DNA of 63,793 bases, counting the filler, from Octopus bimaculoides (taxonomy: Eukaryota), in NCBI RefSeq assembly GCF_001194135.2. It is 12 parts of 10 records of this genome, joined end to end, with 100 filler letters (N's around TTAATTAATTAA, not from the genome) between each part and the next. Parts side by side here need not be neighbours in the genome. Positions count along the whole stretch, not along the records: positions 24,653 to 28,391 come from NC_068981.1; positions 28,492 to 34,736 come from NC_069005.1; positions 34,837 to 37,670 come from NC_068986.1; positions 37,771 to 40,621 come from NC_068989.1; 8 more parts are not named here. The stretch is one strand, 5' to 3'. The notes under the pieces are model-generated. The model saw only the letters and a list, made by a program, of their open reading frames with translations. It did not search any database and had not been told where the DNA came from. The translations under genes were made by a program, and so were the position numbers. Below are positions 25,513 through 38,672 of this stretch, one piece after another; within the stretch, counting starts at the first letter, position 1; each line of letters begins with the position of its first letter.

Positions 25513-25990
25513 GAATATAAGAGACAGCCCAAATCTATGAAAAGTCTCCTAACACAAGCCCAAATATGTTCAACAACAACACTGAAGCCATCAGTAAAAA
25601 AATGCGGAAGATCTAATTGTGGGATATGCGTTAATTTAATTGAGGGATCAGAGTTCTCCTTCAAACAGGGACAATGTTTCACAGCGAAAAGCAGCTTCAC
25701 ATGTGCTTTGGAGAACCTGATATATGCACTAACCTGCTCTAGGTGTCAAGAGCAATACATAGGCCAAGCAAAAGACAGTCTACATCAAAGGATGGCTCTG
25801 CACAGATCCTAGATCAAAATTCCGAAAAACAGAAAAATAGCATTCAGCCAACACATTGACATTTGCGCCAATAACAAAAATCCAAGCTTCAGAATTTTTC
25901 CCCTCTATCAATTCAGGGACGATACAATCTGAAGCCAATGAATTAGTAAAGAGTCGTTCTTTATTACAAAATACAAACCCCTTTTGAACG
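25513..25990 (+). pseudogene. Penelope-like element GIY-YIG endonuclease fragment
   Basis: KRQPKSMKSLLT...KCGRSNCGIC...FTCALENLIYALTCSRCQEQYIGQAKDSLHQRMALHRS*IK...SQHIDIC...KESFFITKYKPLLN. PLE linker, LIY...YIG motif and Cys/His ligands; three in-frame stops, no frameshift. Confidence 0.88.
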
Positions 25991-26593
25991 CATTTACAAC
26001 AAATGACATATCCACCATGACCTTAGAATAACACACACAAATATCAAAAATGATATATTCAAAAGAGATACCCAGGAATTCATTAAAAACAGTCCCAATC
26101 ACTACTATAATCCATAACAAGCCACTTTTAGGTCACTTGACCATTTAACATCCTACTACTATCATACCACTCCCGCATTCTTTTATTATTCTTTCTCTTC
26201 TCCTCCTTCTTCTTCATCTTCTTCTTCCTCTCCACCACCTTCTTCCTTACTTTACTACTACTTCTGCTTAGAATAACACCTAAGCACATTAAAAACAATA
26301 CATTCAAAAAAGATACCTCAAGAATTCAATCACTACTACCATCCACAACAAGTCACTTTCAAGGCACTTGATTATTTAACATCCTACTTACTATCATTCT
26401 TCTTCTTCTTCTTCTTCTTCTTCTTCTTCTCTGCCAAGAATTCACAATGACCTCCAACCCACAAGAGTAAAAAAGAGAGACAGAGACAGGCAGGAACAAG
26501 GAAAATGCCCCTTGTATTTTAATACTATGCAAATATTCTTTTAAAAAACTTTTCATTTAATTTTTCCAAGATTTAATTGTTTTCCATGCTTAG

Positions 26594-26627
26594 AGTTGAA
26601 AAAGTCTCAATGAATGAAACCGGTACT
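26594..26627 (+). ncRNA. Hammerhead-like motif, U3-A8 core variant, degenerate
   Basis: AG-TTGAAAA-AGTC-TCAAT-GAAT-GAAA-CCGGT-A-CT: palindromic ACCGGT, GUA site, stem II 3/4 paired, stem I only 2 bp. About 600 bp downstream of the PLE endonuclease. Confidence 0.4.
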
Positions 26628-26723
26628 AAAATGTTTCTTATGATAAAATTATTTTAGCATTTTCTACCTTGACTTATTTTCCTTATATATATATATACAT
26701 GCATACACATGCATGTGTGTTTA

Positions 26724-28010
26724 TTAGATTGTCAAGTATGAAATTTGTAGTAAGGTATATGGTAAACGTTGACAGTTGCTCATTTTGCACTATTATTATA
26801 TTTTGACAATCTGTTATTTTTTGTTAGAAAGCTGACACATCTATTTCTTTATTCTAACTCATTTTGCGTTTTATAAAGTATTTATAAATCATTTTTTGCT
26901 ACTTTTGTTTAGAGATGGATAAGTCGGAAATTTGTACAGTTTTGAAATACGAGTTCTTTCTTGGAAATACAGCATCACAGACAGCTCAGAATATTAATGG
27001 AATATTTCATTCTAATGTTATTACATAGCAGACAATATCAAATTGGTTTGCAAAATTTCGTTCTGGTAACTTTGACCTTACAAATTAGCAACACAGTCGA
27101 CCAGAGACAAAGGTTGATATTGACAAACTGAAAGCCACTGTCAAGTCAAATCCATCTCAAAGTGCCCGTGAATTATTATTGTTGTTTGGTGTTAGCAAGC
27201 AAACAATATTGACTCACCTAGTTCAAATCAGTAAAGTGAAAAAGTTGGATAAGTTGGTTCCACATGAACTCAATGAAAATCAGAAACAGCAACGTTTGGA
27301 AGCCTGCATTATGCTACTTTCTCGTCATAAAAATGAAACATTTTTGAATAGAATTGTAACATGTGATGAGAAATGGATCTAATATAGCAACCGTAAACAT
27401 TCAGCACAATGGTTGGACAAATACAAGCCACCAAGACACAGTCCAAAAAGCAAAATTCATCGAAAGAAGTCGATGGTGTGTGTTTGGTGGTCTGACGCAG
27501 ATGTGATCCATTATGATTTCATTAAACCTGGCTCATCAATCATGGCTGAAGTATACAGCAGCCAACTGGATCAAATGATGCAGAAACTTACCAAAAAACA
27601 GCTTAGATTAGTCAACAGGTCCACTCCTATTTTATTGCAAGACAATGCCAGATCACACATTGCAAAAATGACATCGGCGAAACTACAGGAGTTGGAGTTG
27701 GAAGTTCTCCATCATCCACCATACTCACCTGATCTTGCGCCCACTGACTACCACTTCTTCCAGAATTTGGATAACATTTTGGTAGAAAAAAAATTTAATT
27801 CTGACGATGCTGTAAAACAGGCCTTCCAAGATTTTATTGACTCTAGATTGCCAGGTTTTTACAGTTCCAGGTTGGACAAGCTACTGCTGAAATGGCAAAA
27901 GTGTATTGACAATATGGGTGCATACTTTGATGAATAAAACTATTCCCTGTATTTATAAAACATTGTCAAACTTTGTTTCTTTTCTATAAATTTCATACTT
28001 GATGACCTAA
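26724..28010 (+). mobile_element. Full-length mariner DNA transposon (cecropia/Hsmar1-like), 1287 bp
   Basis: 27-bp TIRs TTAGATTGTCAAGTATGAAATTTGTAG (26724-26750) and CTATAAATTTCATACTTGATGACCTAA (27984-28010), 23/27 match, with TA on both sides. Confidence 0.95.
26915..27937 (+). pseudogene. Mariner D,D34D transposase, 340 codons, three premature stops
   Basis: Single frame MDKSEICTVLKYEF...KLVPHEL...TCDEKWI*...LQDNARSH...HPPYSPDLAPTDYHFF...WQKCIDNMGAYFDE*. Stops at 27026, 27086 and 27380. Confidence 0.95.
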
Positions 28011-28674
28011 TATATATGTATATATGTGTATGCATGTATATATACATATATATGTATGTATGTTAGGAAAAACTACTTTTTTTTTAGAACTTTCTTTTAG
28101 CACTCAAGCCACACACACACACACACAAACTATGATGAAGGAAACATTGTATGAATATTTTGTGATTTTACGCCGACTATGTCCACCTTCAGAATGACCC
28201 ACAATACGGCCTCTTTGAAATTCAGACAGTTCCAAGGCTTCTTTTGTACATGGCATGATTAAACAGTTACATATAGAACCTAAAACCTCAAAATGTCATT
28301 TAATAAAAAATATAAACCTTTACAAGTTAAAATAAGCATAAAATGATGTTTTATGGGGTATCTATTTACTTCTGTCATGTCTGTATATATANNNNNNNNN
28401 NNNNNNNNNNNNNNNNNNNNNNNNNNNNNNNNNNNTTAATTAATTAANNNNNNNNNNNNNNNNNNNNNNNNNNNNNNNNNNNNNNNNNNNNTATATATAT
28501 ATATATGTCTATCTAAACTCTCTCTGTTCGTCTGTTTAAGTATGCCTGTTTGTAACTATATGTGCAAATAACTCAAATATAGCGAAAAAAGTTTATATGT
28601 TTTCTCGCATCGTATATTTAAAAATGTCAGTTTATGCAAAGAATAACGAAATAAAAAAAAAGCAAGAACGGTTA

Positions 28675-28727
28675 GAACAGCAACAGCAACTGCGATACCA
28701 ACAACAACAATTAATATACAATACTAC

Positions 28728-28790
<63 letters not shown>

Positions 28791-28890
28791 CAACAACACT
28801 AATAATAATAATAATAACAATAACAACAACAACACTAATAATAACAGCAATAATAATAATACTTCTACTACTACTACTACTACTACTAGT
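28675..28890. repeat. (CAA)n/(AAT)n/(ACT)n compound triplet repeat
   Basis: Direct reading. Confidence 0.9.
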
Positions 28891-31349
28891 GAATATATCG
28901 ACATTGAAAATAAAGAACGACCAGAAATGATTTAATATAACAAATCACAGCGATAAATAGCAACAATAATAATATTACGAATAAGGAAATAAAACGGCTG
29001 TAAAAAGAAAAGGCATATACAAAACAAAAAACAATGAAACTGTTTGCAGTACAACAGCACACAAGGTTGAGTAATAACAACTACAATATCAACATACATA
29101 GTAATAATATAAAGAGTAGCAGCAATAGCTGTAATAATGTGTAATTTAAAATACAAGAAAAGAACACCAGAATAAAATAAAAAAATGTGGAATAACAAAA
29201 AGAACAAACGGAACAACAGTTATTTAACTAATACCGAGAAGAACTACAACATATACGTTATAAGAACAACGAAATGAACAAAACACTATGTAAAACAAAA
29301 GAACAAAAAAACATAAGCGATAACACGAAACTAATGACGTACAGCTACTAAAACAAGAAGAACGGCCAGCTGAGAAAGAAAAAGAAAACATATCGATGGA
29401 AGCAAAAACAACGATAGAACAAACGTACAAGCTGACGTATACATAAAGTAAAGAAACACTAATCATTACACACGCGACGACAGCAACAACAACAAAAACA
29501 GCGCTACTTAATAATGAAGGTAACAAAAATAACAATGGCCGATAAAATTAACGATAGTTGAACAAGAGCGCATAGCATTTCCGCCATGTTTGTTTTTCTT
29601 TTATCAGTTTGATTCTTTGCTTTATTTTATTATATAAACATCATGAATAAATTCAGTTTAAGAGAACAGAACGGAAGAGAAAAACAAATAGCATTTATTG
29701 AGCTTCATAAGTTTTATTATATACTTTTATTGGGTTTCCATAAAGTGTTATTTTGAAACAACATAACATTGCTACAAATTTCTATTAGTACTAGTTGAAA
29801 CAATTAATTGTCAGACATTCAACACTTTGTCGTCGTCGCCCTTAATGAATCTTTGACATTCAATTTAGTGGAAGAAAAACTTATAAGTATCAGAGAATAT
29901 AATTCATTTACTTGTCTCAAGAAATCCGAAGATTCGTTATCATTCTATCTCCTTCGAATCGTAATCGACGCTAAACCTCTGATCACACCCAATCGGGGCA
30001 TGGCAAAAATCAAAAGCGTTCCAACCACGACGATATACAGGATTTGTATACCAGGGTACATATTTTTAAACACACCAACAATTTTTTGTTTTGAAAGTTA
30101 GAGAACGGTTTGGCCGTCAAAAGATGGCGTTGACACCCATTCTGTCACTCGTTATAGTGTGGCTTGTTTCGCTTCCGAGATAGTCACAATCTAACAAACA
30201 TATCATTACATTTATGACAACCATTACATCAAAGCATTGCATCCATGACCACCACCACTGAGTTATTTAGGCATAAGTCATACAAGAATTAATTACACAA
30301 TGTATCCTTCTTTAGAAGTTAACGTGTCTTGTGGGAATGTTTTTCTTGTTAGTTCTGGTAACTGGAGAAAGACAGGATACAGGAAAAAGTGGTTCTATTA
30401 AAATATCCATAATTGCTGATGTTTAAACTCGGGTCTTCTTTCAGACAACAGATCAATGATCAAAGGACTTGCAGGCCTGACTGCCCAATCTAAGTTTTCC
30501 ACATATAATCTACATACGTCCACGTCTTAAAAAAAAAACATCTGAGATTGGTTAGTGAGACATGTGGGATATTATTTCTAGGCGGTCGACCAACCGCGTA
30601 GATGGCATTTCATTGGTTCGGCTTTCTATCCAATCCTAAGTGCGTAAAACGCTATTATATGTCTGACTTTCATTTTATTTTATTTCATTTCGTTGCTTAG
30701 ATCTTGCACCAATTTATTGAAAGTAATGTTTCTCGTTAGTATACGAGACAAAAAAAAATTATTGCCATATATATAGACATATATNNNNNNNNNNNNNNNN
30801 NNNNNNNNNNNNNNNNNNNNNNNNNNNNNNNNNNNNNNNNNNNNNNNNNNNNNNNNNNNNNNNNNNNNNNNNNNNNNNNNNNNNNNNNNNNNNNNNNNNN
30901 TGTGTAAATATATATATAAATACATGCATATATGTGCGTGTGTGTGTTCGTGTGAGTGTTTGCATGAGTATGTTTGTGTGAGTGTGTGTGTGCGTATCTA
31001 TGAATGTATATATATATATATTTACACACATACATACATACCCAGATACATACATACATACATACATACATATAAACTTTTATATTTGTAACTAGTTTTA
31101 ATCTTTGAAAGGCGGTCATACTGTACTATTGATTTTATGGGCTCAGCTGATTCATATCGGTCTTGTTAATTTGTTCTCTTATAAGATTCATTGAACGCAG
31201 TGAAGGAATGGAAAAATGGCGTGGTAGGATTATAAATTCAGACGTCAAGGGACATAACTAAATACAAAAGGGAGAGTTGTTTTATTTATTTTTCTTACAG
31301 TCCAACGATTCTTGCGTCTAAATGACGAGATACTTATACAGACAAACGC

Positions 31350-31404
<55 letters not shown>

Positions 31405-31674
31405 CCATACATTAATTCATGCATTCAAGCATACATACGTATTCAGACCGTAACATCACCTCATACTTCGGTATGTATATAGAAATAAAACATATCACGT
31501 ATATATCACCTCCGTATACACAAGAAGGTCAAGAATTCCTTATACATGCATTTCAGAATCAGTGACTCCACATAGACATTGTAGTGAACCAATACGCACG
31601 ATCAACTAAATGTTTCATAAAAGAGATTCTTTAAATTTTCAGCAACTATGGTTCATATTTTCTTAGGGCTCAGA

Positions 31675-31840
31675 CAACGAGCTGGCAGTATTTTAGCAAG
31701 TCAGACAAAATGCTTACCGCTACTTTTTTCCGGCTTTACGTTCTGAGTTCAAAGTCCGGCGAGGTCTATTTCGTCTGTCATGCTTTCAACGTCGATAGAA
31801 TACACACCAGTCAAGTATTGGGGTCTATGAAATCAAAAAA
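31675..31840 (+). mobile_element. Family A SINE, degenerate
   Basis: GAGCTGGCAG...CTTTACGTTCTGAGTTCAAAGTCC...GTCGATAGAA. Confidence 0.65.
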
Positions 31841-31973
31841 CCTCACCCACCTCCTCACTAGAGAGGTGTGTTACACCTGACACTACTTTGACGCTTTCCC
31901 TATTTAAATAACTGAATCTTTTGAATCCTGAAAAGTTTCATATATTGTACAATATATGTGTGTCTATGTATGC

Positions 31974-32010
<37 letters not shown>

Positions 32011-32018
32011 ACAATATG

Positions 32019-32081
<63 letters not shown>

Positions 32082-32104
32082 ATATATATGTATATATATA
32101 CGTT

Positions 32105-32139
<35 letters not shown>

Positions 32140-32681
32140 TCTCATCAATAATCATTATGTTGTAATCCACACACTATTTTCGATTATGGTAGCAAAATCT
32201 TGGAAAGGAAGGAAATTATAGAAACGTGGAGAGAAAATTCTATATGAAACACTATTTCAGAAACAGATAATAAAATACCAAACAAGTACACCCATTTTGA
32301 TTCTGTTTCGGAAGCAATTAATAAAATACCAGACAAATATATCCATTACGTTATATACGTTTAATAACAAGTATTACAACTCCAGATTTCCCAATTCAGA
32401 TACCAGCGGCGAAAAGTTTCATGGTAAGCTGTAGAATTTCAAATGAATCTTATCGCAGTTATTCTTTGTATTGTATATTAACTTCCAAAGTCTCGTCTTT
32501 TACAATACAATCCGTGATTATTTTTCTTCTTGAAAAGTAAAATTATAATTCAAGAATGTTTTCTGTACGTTATAGGTGCAGAAGTAGCTGTGCGGTAAGA
32601 AGATGGTTCCCGGTTCAGTCCTACCTAGGCTAAGTGTTTTCAGGTATAAGCTCAGGCTGACCAAAGCTGTTTGAGTGCATT

Positions 32682-32728
<47 letters not shown>

Positions 32729-33150
32729 TAGATAGATAGATAGATAGAGAGACAGAGAGATAAAGAGGTGCAGGTTTGACTGCTTGGTGAGAAGTTTACT
32801 TCTCAACCACATGGCTTCGGGTTCAGTACCACTGTCTGTCACCTTATGCAAGTGTGTGTGTGTGTGCGTGCCTTTGTCCCCTCCACACCTTGTTCACCTA
32901 TTTTGGTGTATTGTATTTTCGATGTTATATTTTATGTATATATCCGTATCTGTAAATATTATGTATACATATATGTATATATATGTATATATATGTATAT
33001 ATATATGTATATATATGTATATATATGTATATATAAACATTAAGTAACTAGAGTGATGCAGCTGGCAATCCAATAATTTATTTATATTGTAATATAACAT
33101 GATATACTATGAATATAATATAAGATAACATAAACAATTATTTAAAATAT

Positions 33151-33242
<92 letters not shown>

Positions 33243-34319
33243 GTTACATATGTTTGTTTTTCCTTGAATTTCATAGTTATTGTCTGGAGCACATGACCAG
33301 CGATACAAAAGTCAGATATATTCTGAAAATGTAATTTTCCCAAAATTACAGAAACACCAATAATTTGGAGGCAATAATCTGTCATATGGAGGCAATAATT
33401 TATTCTATAACATCCTTGTACATGACAGTAATTTTACTCATCCAGAAAGAGCGAAACACTAAGCCGCCTTCGTCGGCTTTCTATCCGATGAATTGAAAAT
33501 GCATTTAATACAGCAGACATGGTCTTTGAGTGCGACGCTCTAGTGATTTTGATCAATTACTCATCGATTTCGACTTGTGCTTCCCTTTAAAATTTCCCTT
33601 AATTCGATAACCCTTTTCATGAGTAAATATATGTCGCTCCTTATAGTTATATTCTGTGCTACATTGCCGAATGCCTTTCCTCTGCTACTGATCTATTTAT
33701 GTGTTTTTAAACATTGTACGTCTATAAGAAATACTTTCACGAGAAGAGTGCCGCGGTCTTCTGGCTTTCTACAGTACATTCATGTAAAGTGACGTATAGA
33801 GAATGCTATTCTAAAACAGTGCTGCTTCTCTCATTATGAACGACAAAAAGTGCGAGCGTTTGTCAAATCTTGTTGAGGGAAACTAACAGCTATTGTTTAT
33901 AATAAGTGAGAATGGATGAGGATAATACAGGACACGGCCTTCAATGGGAAATTTGTGTTAGAAGATCCTCTATAATGTGTATTTCAGCAGCAAGCATGAA
34001 CAGAATCGTATTTTTTTTTAATATTTTCATTAATATAATTCTTTAGTCATGTCATTCATTGAAAAGGCTGAATCCTAGAAAAAAACTTGCCAGCATTGAA
34101 GTTCTGTTATCTGCCAACGATTTCCTCAGACTCATTGCCTCACAGCGTTAATGACAGTTATTAAATGTCTCATTTATAAAACATGCCATTACACCCTTTA
34201 TAACATGGTTTAACTTCCGATTACAAACTAGTTAGAGCGCCAACGAAGGGAGGGCGCTATGCAGCCATTTGAGCTGCTGGAAATATTAGCTAAAACCACG
34301 GTCAATATTTAATGTTCTC

Positions 34320-34736
34320 CTTAGGTAGTGAGCTGGCAGAATGCGGGCGAAATTCTTAGCGGTATTTCGTCTGCTGCTACGTTCTTCGTTCAAATTCCGC
34401 CGAGGTCGAATTTGCCTTTCATCCTTTCGAGGTCGGTAAATTAAGTACCAGTTGAGTACTGGGGTCGATGTAATAGACTTGCTCCTTCTCCAAACGTGTG
34501 CCTAGTGCCTATATTAGAAAGGAATAGTTAAAGCCCTCCTCCTAAGGCGGCAAACTAGCAGAATCGTTTGCAAGCCGGTCAAAATGCTTAGTGGTATTTT
34601 GTCCGTCTTTAAGTCCTTAGTTCAAATTCTTCTAAGTGAATTTTCCCTTTCATCCAGTTAGGGTTCGATAAAATGAGCACCCGTTCAGTTCTGGGGTCAA
34701 TGTAATCGATTAATTCCCCACCCGAAACTGCTGGGC
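34320..34736 (+). mobile_element. Two tandem family A SINEs
   Basis: Heads near 34322 and 34546, each followed by the GCCTTTCATCC / AGTACCAGTT-like core. Confidence 0.8.
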
Positions 34737-35223
34737 NNNNNNNNNNNNNNNNNNNNNNNNNNNNNNNNNNNNNNNNNNNNTTAATTAATTAANNNNNNNN
34801 NNNNNNNNNNNNNNNNNNNNNNNNNNNNNNNNNNNNTGCATAAATAAAAGGAATTTTATTTAACAAATTGTGACACTAAGGACCGAGGTTACCGTGATCT
34901 TTTCCGTAGGTTTTTCTTTCCACGGATAACCTCCCCATTTATTGGGAATTTTTTGTAATATCTATTTTTTTATTTATTTATTTATTTTTGTACATACCCC
35001 AAACGTTTTCTCGATGCCTTTTCATCCTCATCCCCATTTTATTTTTTTACTTTATTTTCGTCCCTATCGAAAAGAAAAACTCTACATTTGTATTTTGTCC
35101 CCTCTATGTTGAGCACTGTGTGGCTAATAAAGAAACATATCTATCTATCTATCTATCTATCTACCTGTCTGTGTGTTTGGCTGTCTGTCTATCTGTCTAT
35201 CTACATGTGTGTCTGTCTGTCTG

Positions 35224-35260
<37 letters not shown>

Positions 35261-35578
35261 GTTTTTTATACGATGTCAATATGGACCTTGGGGTCCTTAT
35301 AGGATTTGGCTGGTGAAATTTATGTGCAATAAATTGGTTATATTTCTATAATACAGAAACTATTTGAATTATTTTATACAGTTCCTAATAATATATAATT
35401 ATAGATATACATCGAACGTTTATGGAGGTCCAGAGGATTAAATAGGAAAGGAAAAATGTTTTCAATGTAGATTCTATGTGTGTGCGTATATAGTTAGAAT
35501 CTACATAAGCACACAGAAACACACTCATGTATATATACACATACACACACACACACACACGCACACACACACACACAA

Positions 35579-35643
<65 letters not shown>

Positions 35644-35699
35644 TGTATGTGTGTATATGTATGTATGTATAAGTCTGTCTGGTTTGTGTGTCTGTGTTT

Positions 35700-35870
35700 A
35701 TACCCCCACCATCGCTTGACAACTGATGTTGGTGTGTTTACGCCCCGGTAACGTAGCGGTTCGGCAAAAGAGACCAATAGAATAAGTACTAGGCTTACAC
35801 GGAATATGTTCTGGGGTCGATTGCTCCAGCATAGCCGTTGTCAAATGACTGAAACAGACGAATAAAGGAA
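35700..35870 (+). mobile_element. SINE family B 3' half; other fragments at about 17350 (+), 32578 (+), 32768 (+), 37470-37665 (-), 38265-38425 (+), 39040-39190 (-), 50390-50540 and 50904-50980 (-), 54235-54300 (-), 59275-59391 (-)
   Basis: CATCGCTTGACAACTGATGTTGGTGTGTTTACG...AATAAGTACTAGGCTTAC...CAAATGACTGAAAC. Confidence 0.8.
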
Positions 35871-37770
35871 TATATATATATAGATGTTTATATGCATATA
35901 TTTGATTATATTTCTACGATTAGTATACATCTACTCGATGTATCGTTAACTCATTTCTAACAAAGATTGAAATCGTCTGATCTGGACCGCTTTTCTATAC
36001 ACTGAATTATTTCAAAAATGTAAATATGCGTTACATTTTACTTGCAAAAAGCAAAAAAATACATTTAGCTGTCATCAAGTCTTCTTCCAGCGCCTAACAA
36101 ACCACAACACGTAGACAATTTACAATGAATTCTATACAGTCAAGAGAAAGACTATATCGTATGAGATTTGTCTAAATACTTGCTACTAATTTGCTAATAG
36201 GTAGGAATAAAAATGACAACTGAATAATACAATAAATTATACACGAAATTATATTGATGCCAAATGGGTTTTATATCAAATGATTGAAATCGCAATGGAT
36301 TCATCGCTTTATTGACTTGATTTATATCGTAACGATTTAGTAGAGTGTAAGAAGATATGATAAATGTCAAGAAATATGTGTTTCTAGAACTTTCATCTCC
36401 CTCCAGGTTTGACTTTCACTTTCTAATAATTATAGGTTCATAATACGTATAAACTTTCACTCATTCAAATATATTTCCCATCTGATTAAACGTCTCGGCA
36501 TCAATCAATCTTGTAGTTTCATAGAATTGGCTCTCTTTCAATCTTTCTTGATCCTGAAACATAATCTCTGATATATTTTGACAGTATGGCTATTTACTAT
36601 TTAAAATATAAATGTATACGTATTTCTGGAAGTAGTAGATATTTAAGTGTCTCTCCATCTCTCTATCTCTAGTTACCCATAATATATGTGAGCGTGTGCA
36701 TGTGTGTATGATTTGTGATTTGTGTGTGTGTATGTGTGGTTTGTGTATGTGTATGTACGTATGTATTATATTCGTTATATTATGTTATATTCACTATTAC
36801 AAGAGATTCGCTTTCATTATGTAGAGATTTACTTTGACTGTGGTTGTTTTGTGCTTTATTTGGTCTTTTGGTAGGCTTCTATCTTTTTTTTTTGTAAGTA
36901 GCAATTATGTAGGTAGATAGGGAAGCAGTTGTCCTGGAAGGAAAATAGTCGAGAATAAATCGAACGTATTTCTACGATGTAAGTTAATTGAAACATATAG
37001 TGAGGAGATTTGCTTTGGTTTGATGTGGGAATTTCTTTAAGGTTTAGGATTCTGTCATGCGTGGAACTAAAAGTGTAAAGTAATGTGTCAAATTCGGGTC
37101 ACGGCAGTTTTTGAATATGTGGTCGGCTTTTGCTGTGTTTAAAGGTCACCAAAACATGTTTGACGATAATACAGTTAATAAAAAAGCACGGGTCACATTG
37201 AGGTTCAATTTGTTCTGGGTGTCATTAGCTTTCTGTTCAGAAATGCTGAACTAAGTTTTACGGGGAGATTAGGATCCAGGAGACTATTTTACTATACGTA
37301 TTTATGAAGATCCTGTCATCTGTTTCAACATGGTTATATATATATATTAATAATCCATGCGTGTAAATAGTACGAAATAAATTAAAGTGCGATAATTAAG
37401 AAAGTAAAGTAAACGCCTCAAAGTCACTGTCAACACTGAAAATGAATAAATCTTTCTTTTTCTTATATTCCTTAAATTGTTTCAGTCAGTTCACTGCGGC
37501 CATGCTGGAGCACCGCCTTTACTCGAACAAATCGACCCCAGAACTTATTCTTTGTAAACCTAGTACTTATTCTACCGACTCTTTTACCGAACCGGACATT
37601 AACACACCAGCATCAGTTGTTAAGCGATGTTGGGGGACAAACACAGGCACACGAACATATACATAATACANNNNNNNNNNNNNNNNNNNNNNNNNNNNNN
37701 NNNNNNNNNNNNNNTTAATTAATTAANNNNNNNNNNNNNNNNNNNNNNNNNNNNNNNNNNNNNNNNNNNN

Positions 37771-38102
37771 GAACAGCCTGCTCGTGAAATTAACGTGCAA
37801 GTGGCTGAGCACTCCACAGACACGTGTACCCTTAACGTAGTTCTCGGGGATATTCAGCGTGACATAGAGTGTGACAAGGCTGACCCTTTGAATTACAGAC
37901 ACAAACAGAAACAGGAAGTAAGAGTGAGAGAAAGTTGTGGTGAAAGAGTACAGCAGGGTTCGCCACCATCCCCTGCCGGAGCCTCGTGGAGCTTTTGGTG
38001 TTTTCGCTCAATAAACACTCACAACACCTGGCCTGGAAATCGAAACTGCGATCCTATGACCGCGAGTCCGCGGCCCTAACCACTGGGCCATTGCGCCTCC
38101 AC
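37771..38102 (-). mobile_element. SINE family D, near full length
   Basis: Minus head GGAGGCGCAATGGCCCAGTGGTTAGGG...GTTTCGATTTCC (A/B boxes); tail shared with family C. Confidence 0.85.
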
Positions 38103-38421
38103 ACCAGTAGAATAAAACAGGACCCAAAGGGCTCCGTAAGTAAAAAATTGTAGAGGACCACAAGCCTAAATAGGCATAAAAGGAATATGTTTCTATATTA
38201 CAAGTCTATTTTATAGCCATGGTCCACTCAAAATGAAACTACAGTAATATTTTCGTATAATGTCTGGTTGTGTTAAGAACCTCGCTTTGCAACCTGGCAA
38301 CCCCGTGGTTTCGGAATCAGTACCACTGCGTAGCCCCTTAGGTAAATGATTGCTTCTATAGTCCTGGACCGACCGATACCATGTGAATGAATTTGGGTGA
38401 CGAAAAATATAGGAGTTCGTC

Positions 38422-38461
<40 letters not shown>

Positions 38462-38469
38462 CAAATAAT

Positions 38470-38672
38470 AAATGAGTATATGCATATATACGTACATGTA
38501 TGTACATACTTACATCTACCTGTATATATAGATGCATATCTGGGTACAGGACATTGTAAACAAAGCGTAGACAAAATGATAAACGAGTACAGAAAACACA
38601 CAGGCCACATAGAGAACATCTCCTTCATCAGCTGCCCCCCATTCTAACACAGGCGTTTCGAAGAGTTAGGGC
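38470..38672. repeat. Unclassified dispersed repeat (family F); second copy at about 55095-55300
   Basis: Both contain GCATATCTGGGTACAGGACATTG...GCCACATAGAGAACAT...CTTCATCAGCT...GGCGTTTCGA. Confidence 0.8.

Noticed and set aside
37990-38102. tRNA genes
   Set aside because: A/B-box heads here and elsewhere run directly into SINE bodies; I could not form a complete cloverleaf.
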